Source of the DNA: Oligoflexales bacterium
Lineage (GTDB): Bacteria > Bdellovibrionota_B > Oligoflexia > Oligoflexales > CAIYRB01
NCBI GenBank assembly: GCA_041736175.1
Contig: JBGSUI010000002.1
Location: forward strand, 1 to 44,464
Direction of reading: 5' to 3'
DNA: 44,464 nucleotides
Below, piece after piece: positions 37,372 through 44,464 of this stretch. The position numbers and the translations under genes were made by a program. The notes beneath the pieces were generated by a model. That model did not search any database and had not been told where the DNA came from. It saw only the letters and a list, made by a program, of their open reading frames with translations. The number at the start of each line of letters is the position of its first letter. Position 1 is the stretch's first letter.

Positions 37372-38874
37372 ATGTTGCCTTTGTCCGAATGGCTTAAACC
37401 GCAGCATGGGCAACTGGCCTATTTGCGATTTTATATGGTGGAAATCCCTGTGACAAACAAAGCACAAGAAGTGACAACGAAAGATCCAGGACGTCAGAGC
37501 ATCGTTCCTGGCTATCAGACCCCATCCCAGACCCCATCCCAGGCCCAGTTTCAAGCCCACCAGCAGCAAGGGTTTATCGAGTTGATCAAAACCCATCTCA
37601 CGCCCCTTGCCCAGAGTTGGGGGTACAGGGACGAACCCCTTGAACTCAGCATCAAAGGCCCGCCGATGGTCTTGATTTTGGGAAATTACTCTTCTGGAAA
37701 ATCGACCCTTATCAATGAACTGATCGGTCAAGAAGTCCAGAAAACCGGCCAAGCCCCCACAGACGACTCCTTTACGATCCTGACTTACGACGATGAGCCT
37801 GGTGATGAGAGTTCTAAGGACTCAGCAATCAAAGTCCGAGAAATCGAGGGTCATGGGATCTTTCAGGATGAGGATTACCCCTTTGCTCCCCTTAAGAGTC
37901 ATGGCCAAAAATTCGCAAGTCATTTTAGAATGAAAAAGCTTAAATCACCGTTTTTGAAGTCGTTGATGTTGGTGGACACTCCAGGAATGATCGATAGCAT
38001 CTCGGAGCGAGATCGTGGGTATGACTACCAAAAGGTGATTTCAGACCTGGCCCAGGTGGCTGACCTGGTGCTGGTCTTGTTTGATCCCCACAAGGCGGGG
38101 ACCCTGAGAGAGTCTTACCAAAGCCTCCGGGACACCCTACCCCAAGCGACCTTTGATAACCGGGTGGTCTTTGTGATGAACCGCATCGACGAATGCCAGA
38201 CCCTGCCTGACTTGCTCCGTGTCTACGGAGTGCTGTGTTGGAACCTCTCCCAAATGTTAGGGAGGAAAGATATTCCACCCATTCGTCTGTCCTATAGCCA
38301 GCAGATCAAAAATCCACCGGCCTATCTCCAAGCCCTCGAGGAGGAAAGGACCTACCTCGGGCAGCTGATGGCTTCGGCTCCCGAGCTGCGGGTGGATCAC
38401 CTCAAGTCCTTTGCCCGGATCCACGGGGAGCGGTTGCAGTTTCTCGCTAAGTCGATGATCGCCTATCACGAACTCAGACGCACTCTACTGTTGAAATCCC
38501 TGGGACTCTGGAGCATTGTGGCGGTCGCTGCGGGGATTGGGTTTTTTGTGTGGATGCTGTTTCAAAACCCCGAATCCATGGAATTAGCGGGATTGGCGGG
38601 GGGAGCTGTCGGAGGGTTGGTGGTCGTCCTGTGGGCCATCTTTGTGCGACCTTGGGTGCAGTCGGGCACGGTGGGTCGGCTGCTGAGGACCGTGGACCAA
38701 TGGGTTCCTATCAAAAATCAAAACGATCGAGATCACTGGCTCAAAGTCAAACCCATGGTTCAGGCACTCATTAAAACGCCGACCAATAAGATCACTCAGA
38801 GAAGCTTTAAACGAGATCTTAAGACTCTTAACCAACTCCTAAGTGACGGACTCAAAGCTTCTCCCAAGTCCTAG
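37372..38874 (+). CDS. Dynamin-superfamily NTPase of EHD/sarcalumenin type with two C-terminal TM helices
   Basis: PMVLILGNYSSGKST, PTDDSF, DTPGM, RGYDY, LFDPHK, NRID and LLRVYG. Start uncertain (37372 or 37435). Confidence 0.85.
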   Translation: MLPLSEWLKPQHGQLAYLRFYMVEIPVTNKAQEVTTKDPGRQSIVPGYQTPSQTPSQAQFQAHQQQGFIELIKTHLTPLAQSWGYRDEPLELSIKGPPMVLILGNYSSGKSTLINELIGQEVQKTGQAPTDDSFTILTYDDEPGDESSKDSAIKVREIEGHGIFQDEDYPFAPLKSHGQKFASHFRMKKLKSPFLKSLMLVDTPGMIDSISERDRGYDYQKVISDLAQVADLVLVLFDPHKAGTLRESYQSLRDTLPQATFDNRVVFVMNRIDECQTLPDLLRVYGVLCWNLSQMLGRKDIPPIRLSYSQQIKNPPAYLQALEEERTYLGQLMASAPELRVDHLKSFARIHGERLQFLAKSMIAYHELRRTLLLKSLGLWSIVAVAAGIGFFVWMLFQNPESMELAGLAGGAVGGLVVVLWAIFVRPWVQSGTVGRLLRTVDQWVPIKNQNDRDHWLKVKPMVQALIKTPTNKITQRSFKRDLKTLNQLLSDGLKASPKS

Positions 38875-38915
38875 CCCTAACCCAAACTCCTGTTTAAGGA
38901 AGAGACTTTTTTACG

Positions 38916-39980
38916 ATGCAACCAAACTTACTCACTCCCTTGACCATCAAATCCGTGACCCTACCCAGTCGTATCGGTATGTCGCCCATGTGTACCTATT
39001 CGGCCCAAGACGGTATGGCGACGGACTGGCACCTGGTCCACCTGGTGTCCCGGGCCCAAGGGGGAGTGGGCCTGGTCCTCGTGGAAGCCACAGCCGTGTC
39101 GCCAGAGGGACGGATCAGTCCCGGTGACATAGGGCTCTGGGATCCGCGCCAGACTAAGGCGCTGGTACCGATAGCCCGAGGGATCGCCGGGGAAGGAGCG
39201 GTCCCTGGCATCCAGATCGCCCATGCAGGTCGTAAGGCTGGATGCGCGAAGCCGTGGGATGGGGGAAAACCACTGCATCTTTCTGGTTGGCCTATCCTAG
39301 GTCCAAGCCCCATTGCTTTTGACCCCACGTACCCGACGCCTTCTGCCCTCACGGTTGCCGAAATCAAGCAGCTGGTGAAGAGTTTTGGGACTAGCGCCGC
39401 CATGGCCCGGGAGGCTGGATTTAAACTCCTGGAAATCCACGGCGCCCATGGCTATCTGATCCATTCCTTTTTGTCGCCACTGTCCAACCAGCGCCAGGAT
39501 GAGTACGGTGGAACTCTTGAAAACCGTATGCGAATCCTTACAGAAATCGTCGCAGTCTGCCAAAGCCGATGGGGAATGGACTTGCCTCTAGGGGTGCGCC
39601 TGTCCATGTCGGACTGGGCCCCCGGCGGGCTGACTTTGGCCGAAACCCTCCAGGTCACCCAGGTCCTGAGGGAGGCAGGGGTGGATTTTGTGGACTGCAG
39701 TTCCGGTGGCGCGGTTCCCCATGCACAGATTCCGGGGAACGAGCCGCTTTATCAATTGCCCTTTGCCAAGGCTGTCAAACAGACAGTGCTCGGCATCAAG
39801 TCCATGGCCGTGGGCATGATCCGAACTCCAGCGGAGGCGAATCAAATCATCCAAGAAGGGAGTGCCGACGTGGTCCTTTTGGGTCGAGCCCTTTTAAGGG
39901 ACCCCTATTGGGCCCTTCGGGCAGCCCAGGAACTTGGCGACAGCCGACTGGTGCCTAAACAATATCGACGAGCTTTTTAG
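38916..39980 (+). CDS. NADH:flavin oxidoreductase, old yellow enzyme YqjM/NamA type
   Basis: SPMCTYS, QIAHAGRK, EIHGAHGYLIHSFLSP, DEYGG and C-terminal QYRRAF. Confidence 0.93.
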   Translation: MQPNLLTPLTIKSVTLPSRIGMSPMCTYSAQDGMATDWHLVHLVSRAQGGVGLVLVEATAVSPEGRISPGDIGLWDPRQTKALVPIARGIAGEGAVPGIQIAHAGRKAGCAKPWDGGKPLHLSGWPILGPSPIAFDPTYPTPSALTVAEIKQLVKSFGTSAAMAREAGFKLLEIHGAHGYLIHSFLSPLSNQRQDEYGGTLENRMRILTEIVAVCQSRWGMDLPLGVRLSMSDWAPGGLTLAETLQVTQVLREAGVDFVDCSSGGAVPHAQIPGNEPLYQLPFAKAVKQTVLGIKSMAVGMIRTPAEANQIIQEGSADVVLLGRALLRDPYWALRAAQELGDSRLVPKQYRRAF

Positions 39981-39997
39981 GAGAGTCCAAACTCCCC

Positions 39998-41677
39998 ATG
40001 ACGATCCATTACCGTGTCCAAGGATCCCTGATTGTGATCTTTGGAAATACCTATCCCGTAAAACTTGAGATCAAAAACCTCGGAGGCCGCTTTGAAGGAG
40101 TGGGCAAGACCTGGCGCATCCCCCTATCGGACGAAAATTTGGCCAAGGTAGGGGCCCTGTGCCAGAGCCATGGCGGGGGCTCTATGGACCCTGCGGCGCT
40201 CGCACCTCAACAGCTCCCGATATCTCTTTCTGAACGGGACCTCGAGGTCAAAAACACCGAAGAGTCCCTCGTAGTCCGAGCCCTCACGGTGCGGCAGCTT
40301 TTAGACCAGGCCTACCGTGTCATTCAACAGTCGTTTACAGAGTCCTTTTGGATTATTGGCGAACTGCAAAATCTCAGCTCCAAGGCTTCGGGGATGTTTT
40401 TTGACCTGGCGGAAGCAAGGGACGGGGAGGAGGAATCTTCGCGGGTTTTTGCGCAGGATGCCAGTTCGTTTCCAGGAAACAAAGTGCAGCGAACGGTTTC
40501 CAGTGCAACCCTCACCATCCGCTGTGTCCTGTGGCGGGAGGCTCTCCAAGCCATCCTCCAGCGTCGCGGCCAGGAAGCATCCACCTCGGCACTCCAAGAC
40601 GGGCTCAAAGTGGCGCTCCGCTGCCGGGTGCAGTTTTACCGGGACCGGGCCCAAGTGTCCCTTGTGGTGGAAGACCTGGATCCCAGCTACACCAAAGGAG
40701 CCTTGGCCCTCCAGCGGGAAAAACTCTTGGCGGAACTCCGCGCAAAGGGTCTGGATCGTGCCAATGGCAAGCTGGATTTTCCGGTGTTTCCCTTTGACGT
40801 GGGCCTGATCAGTGCTGAGGGGTCGAGGGCCTACTCGGATTTTACCCATCAGCTGGAATCCCTCGGCTTTCCGGGGAGGGTCTGGTTTGTCCCTTCGCCC
40901 ATGCAAGGGGACGGAGTGCCCCAAGGGGTCGTCAACGCGCTTAAGGAACTCTGCGCTAAAAAAGTCGACGTGATCGTGATCACCCGTGGCGGGGGCAGCG
41001 CCGCTGACCTGCGTTGGTTTGATGACCCTAAGATCGCCTACGCCATCGCCCAGGCGACCGTCCCCGTGATCGCCGCCATCGGCCATCACGATGACCGCTG
41101 CGTCGCCGAAGAAGTCTGCTACCAGCGGCAGAAGACCCCGACCGCTGCGGCGGATTTTCTGGTGGGTTGTTTTGAAGGGGCGCGGCGGAGGATTGAAGAT
41201 GCTTCCCACCAGTTGATCCGGGGGATGACCCGTCGGAGGGACGGGTTTGTGGAAGAAACGGCTCGGTTAAGCGAAAAAATCGGCACCTTAGCGGCGAGAG
41301 CTTTAGACAGTCGCAAAACACAGTGGCTCCAGCTCCAAAACACCATGCAACGGCGCTGTGTTGATCTTTTGAACCAAGCCCAAGGGGTCCTCCAACAACA
41401 AAAAAATAATATTTATTTGGTGGCATCCCGACAGATCACCCGCCAAAAAGAACAGCTTAGCGACTGGCAGCAGCACCTTGTCCAAAAAGACCCCCGTCCC
41501 TGGATGGCGCAGGGGTGGACCCAGCTTACCACAGGCCAAGGCCAAAACGTCACGCGCCTGGACCAGGTGGTTGTAGGGCAAAGCTTAAAAGCCCGCCTCC
41601 TCGACGGGGTTTTGGAAGTCGAGGTCTTAGGCCAAGTTTCGAGAAATTCCCAGAGTCAACCCGTCACTCCTGAATAG
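39998..41677 (+). CDS. xseA: Exodeoxyribonuclease VII large subunit with extra N-terminal domain
   Basis: OB fold (WIIGELQNL), ITRGGGS, AIGHHDD and TPTAAA; xseB lies directly downstream. Confidence 0.9.
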   Translation: MTIHYRVQGSLIVIFGNTYPVKLEIKNLGGRFEGVGKTWRIPLSDENLAKVGALCQSHGGGSMDPAALAPQQLPISLSERDLEVKNTEESLVVRALTVRQLLDQAYRVIQQSFTESFWIIGELQNLSSKASGMFFDLAEARDGEEESSRVFAQDASSFPGNKVQRTVSSATLTIRCVLWREALQAILQRRGQEASTSALQDGLKVALRCRVQFYRDRAQVSLVVEDLDPSYTKGALALQREKLLAELRAKGLDRANGKLDFPVFPFDVGLISAEGSRAYSDFTHQLESLGFPGRVWFVPSPMQGDGVPQGVVNALKELCAKKVDVIVITRGGGSAADLRWFDDPKIAYAIAQATVPVIAAIGHHDDRCVAEEVCYQRQKTPTAAADFLVGCFEGARRRIEDASHQLIRGMTRRRDGFVEETARLSEKIGTLAARALDSRKTQWLQLQNTMQRRCVDLLNQAQGVLQQQKNNIYLVASRQITRQKEQLSDWQQHLVQKDPRPWMAQGWTQLTTGQGQNVTRLDQVVVGQSLKARLLDGVLEVEVLGQVSRNSQSQPVTPE

Positions 41678-41687
41678 GAACCCGTTT

Positions 41688-41969
41688 ATGTCAAGAGAGC
41701 AAGACCAAAGCCTCCCAAAACCTGAATCCCCTAAACAAACGCCGGGTGAGTCCGCCACCTACCGGCAGATGCTGGTGGAGGTCGAGGGTATTTGCCGCGA
41801 AATCGCGGCTCCGGATCTCGATCTGGACCATATGATTTCCAAGGTGGAGCGTGGCTACCAGTTGATCCAATCCATGCGCACCCGACTGGATGCCACTCGC
41901 GAAAAAATAGACCAACTCCGCGTCGAGATGGAAGCAGCAGAGAAACCAGATGGTTCTAATTCCAAGTAA
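41688..41969 (+). CDS. xseB: Exodeoxyribonuclease VII small subunit
   Basis: TYRQMLVEVEGIC..I...DLDLD.M...ERG..L pattern, directly after xseA. Confidence 0.85.
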   Translation: MSREQDQSLPKPESPKQTPGESATYRQMLVEVEGICREIAAPDLDLDHMISKVERGYQLIQSMRTRLDATREKIDQLRVEMEAAEKPDGSNSK

Positions 41970-43533
41970 CAGTCTCGAGTCCTACAGGGCCGTGCTGGAT
42001 TATCTGGCAGACTGTGGTGCGACCCAGTCCCCGCAGCAGCCACCGGGGACCCTTAAATTCCTGGAGGATCATAAGAGCCTTCACCGGCTTTATGAATCCA
42101 TGAGTGCCGTAGCCGCCGCAACTCCCGGCACCTCCGAAGAAGAGTGGAATCCCCTATCCCAGAGGCCCCACGCTCCCTTGCCACCCTCTGTCTCAGTCGA
42201 TGATCTCGGCAGCGAGGTGATCATCCTAAAGGAGGCTGTAGAAGCCTTTACGACCCTGTCCCATGAGATGATGCATGTGGCCCTTTGGGAGCCCTTTTTT
42301 ACAGGGCAGTGGCGCCCGCAAAGCCGTCGTGATTTTGTCGCATTTTCCCTGATGGCCGAGGGATTTTGTTTTTTCTATACGGATATCCTGATTAGCAGCA
42401 CCGTCCGGGTGCGGCTTCCCGATGGTGAGTTTGCCTTAGAAAGACAGTCTCCCGGAAACGTGCGGTTTCACCCGGTGCGAGCCTTTGAGGCTGTAGGGAT
42501 TCGCGAGCCCGCTGAGATTTTAGATATTTACCTCGAGGGTTTTGCCGGTAAAACCACCAAGCTCTGGCAGCCGCGAGGAGGGAGCGCCTATGCAGCGTCT
42601 CTTGCAGCCCAGGCCTTTCATTTTTACCAGGGGTCCCTTGGGTATCTCGCAGACATGCATCGGGCGCTGGGAGCCTGGGGTGGACTCAGTGAGTTTTACC
42701 AGCGGTTTTGTCAGATTCCTAAACTGCCTTCCCTTTGGGACGAAGATCTTGAGATGTATCCCCATCCCCATCCCGTGCGAACGGAGGATGTTAAGGCCTA
42801 TTTTGAGGGCTTTTTTAGCAGGGGCCTCAAGGCACTTGAGCAAAGGTCTGAGGCCGAATTGCTCAGGGTGCGGTGGCGCCGGATGCTCCAGATGCGAGCC
42901 TACTATGGTCTGCAGATCCGGTGGCTGTTGGAAGAGGGGTTATGGGTCGGACTTAATGCCGGTAAGGGAAAGTCCACCCAAACAAAAGATCTCTACAAAA
43001 TAAAGTCTTACGTCGCCACTTATCTGGAGGATCTGAGGTCTCTTTTAGTCCAGCTTGCCCGCGATCCCCATACGTCGCCGCTCCCTGCGCTCTCGGTCTT
43101 AGATGCCCGTTACGAAAGGCAGGTTCGCAGCTTTTTTCGCAAACAGGATCTCTGGGTAGGACATCGATGGTTGATCGCCCCTAAACGGGCGGGGGGATTG
43201 ATCAGTATGGCGGGGAGCACGACCTCAGGTGCCAAGGCGGGTGGACAGTCTACGGCAAAAACAATTCATTATTTACTAGAGGAGCTGACTTTAGCCTTAG
43301 GCTCCTGCCGTAGCAAGACCGTCCGCACCGAGATCTTTGGTTCTATACACCGGCTGTCGCTCCTGGGATCGGTGATGAGTCGGAAGGGTGGAAAGGAAGT
43401 GGACCTAAAGGCTGAAAAGTCTTTAAGGAGGGTGTTGGCAGAACCCTCGGTCCTGCCCCTTTGGTCCGTGCCCCTGGCAAGCTTTGATCCCTTGCACAAT
43501 CGTTACCGAGAGCTGGTTTTTTCCTATCAATGA
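41950..43533 (+). CDS. Hypothetical protein with HExxH...E (gluzincin-like) motif
   Basis: SHEMMHVAL followed by MAEGFC; overlaps the xseB end by 20 nt. Confidence 0.7.
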   Translation: MVLIPSNSLESYRAVLDYLADCGATQSPQQPPGTLKFLEDHKSLHRLYESMSAVAAATPGTSEEEWNPLSQRPHAPLPPSVSVDDLGSEVIILKEAVEAFTTLSHEMMHVALWEPFFTGQWRPQSRRDFVAFSLMAEGFCFFYTDILISSTVRVRLPDGEFALERQSPGNVRFHPVRAFEAVGIREPAEILDIYLEGFAGKTTKLWQPRGGSAYAASLAAQAFHFYQGSLGYLADMHRALGAWGGLSEFYQRFCQIPKLPSLWDEDLEMYPHPHPVRTEDVKAYFEGFFSRGLKALEQRSEAELLRVRWRRMLQMRAYYGLQIRWLLEEGLWVGLNAGKGKSTQTKDLYKIKSYVATYLEDLRSLLVQLARDPHTSPLPALSVLDARYERQVRSFFRKQDLWVGHRWLIAPKRAGGLISMAGSTTSGAKAGGQSTAKTIHYLLEELTLALGSCRSKTVRTEIFGSIHRLSLLGSVMSRKGGKEVDLKAEKSLRRVLAEPSVLPLWSVPLASFDPLHNRYRELVFSYQ

Positions 43534-43551
43534 CTACAGCCTTAAATTCCC

Positions 43552-44454
43552 TCAAAGCCTCTCCTTGAGATAGGCAATCCGCTCATCGAGATCGTAATGG
43601 TCTCCGTCTTTGACGCCATTGGTCTTTGCTTTTTCCATCCAGGAGATTCTTTCGGCGGGTGCCGCAGGGAGCCCATTCATGGTCCTGTATTCTAAGGCGT
43701 CCGACATACCGATATACCCGAGAGCAGATTGGGGTGCATCCGCAATGATTTGCTCCAATATACTTTCACCCTTCGCTTGGTCGCCGCTAACACAGTAAAT
43801 GAGGGCCAAATCTCGACGAGTGCCTTTCACATTAACTTCGAAGTCTTCTGGAAATTGAGCTAAAAATTCTTCATAAATTGGAATCGCAATGGTCGCATAT
43901 GATTTATCACTCTGTGCGGCATTCCATAATTCCATCATGAAATCCTGCATCCAATAGGAAAACGCTTGTAATCCCAAATATAATTCATCTAAATCCCAAG
44001 GCCTACGCATATTTGGGGTCCATCGAGCTTTAAAGAAAGCCCAAACTTTTAGCCAGAGGTCGCATTTTTCCTTAGGAGAGTTTACTTCGTAGCCATCTTG
44101 CATAAAATCCTCAGCCATCTCCTCCGACACAGTTTCAGGACAGAACCTCCGCCACAACTCACAGGCTGCGAGGCAGACAAAATCAGTGTCGTCATTTTTT
44201 GTCTTTGGATGGGGTGCTGAAGCGATCCATGTCTCACCTAGGCTCCAGGCTGAGGATTTACCTTTTGCCTCTGCATTAAAACTGGCCTCACTGACATTTA
44301 TGTTTAATGTGGCAAGGCGTGTTAAAATTGAAGAGAGTCTTATCCGAAGCGCCCACCCAAAGACCAATTTTGGTTGATTTTTGAAAATGAGATCGAATCC
44401 CCCGTAACCGTGGGCGGTTTGGATAAGAGCCCAATGAACTAAGCGCGCGAGCAC
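43552..44454 (-). CDS. Hypothetical helical/TPR-like protein; 5' end uncertain
   Basis: Frame is open to the window edge. DFVCLAACELWRR..EMAEDFMQDGY and a TPR-like C-terminus. Confidence 0.6.
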   Translation of the reverse strand: MLARLVHWALIQTAHGYGGFDLIFKNQPKLVFGWALRIRLSSILTRLATLNINVSEASFNAEAKGKSSAWSLGETWIASAPHPKTKNDDTDFVCLAACELWRRFCPETVSEEMAEDFMQDGYEVNSPKEKCDLWLKVWAFFKARWTPNMRRPWDLDELYLGLQAFSYWMQDFMMELWNAAQSDKSYATIAIPIYEEFLAQFPEDFEVNVKGTRRDLALIYCVSGDQAKGESILEQIIADAPQSALGYIGMSDALEYRTMNGLPAAPAERISWMEKAKTNGVKDGDHYDLDERIAYLKERL

Positions 44455-44464
44455 AAAGCTATGG

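Noticed and set aside
37516..37548. CAGACCCCATCC tandem repeat
   Set aside because: Only two copies, in frame (QTPS) within a disordered N-terminus; not a CRISPR or contingency locus.
40301..41209. 302-aa ORF antisense to xseA
   Set aside because: Shadow ORF of a GC-rich coding strand; no motifs.
1..44464. CRISPR arrays, rRNA, transposases, riboswitches and known defence systems
   Set aside because: None recognised by eye. An Rfam/Infernal or DefenseFinder scan would be needed to exclude weak hits.

Overview
This is a 44.5 kb chromosomal window from a Gram-negative bacterium. The gene content (GYF-PilZ, receiver-TPR, many lipoproteins, c-type cytochromes, FliA-like and sigma54-like promoters) suggests Oligoflexia/Bdellovibrionota, but that is inference only. 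Housekeeping genes include a DnaJ/CbpA-type chaperone, rpsA, rsmB, a GT9 heptosyltransferase, secB, an M32 carboxypeptidase, yegD, a nitroreductase, a beta-carbonic anhydrase, an old yellow enzyme and xseAB. Two convergent tRNA-Arg genes (UCU at 15718, CCU at 30237) bracket a 14.4 kb stretch rich in exported lipoproteins. That stretch holds a candidate Cys-Gln thioester-domain (TED) lipoprotein, a ricin-type lectin lipoprotein, a lipoprotein whose 73-aa tail has 25 Tyr, a Tat-exported tyrosinase, a His-rich Tat lipoprotein and a metzincin. Together these suggest a possible covalent/catechol surface-adhesion toolkit (hypothesis). Other notable items are an EHD/sarcalumenin-like membrane NTPase, a hexaheme lipoprotein, a beta-propeller di-heme protein, an SGNH plus alpha/beta-hydrolase fusion, and xseAB coupled to an HExxH protein. 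I found no integrase, transposase, CRISPR array or rRNA.
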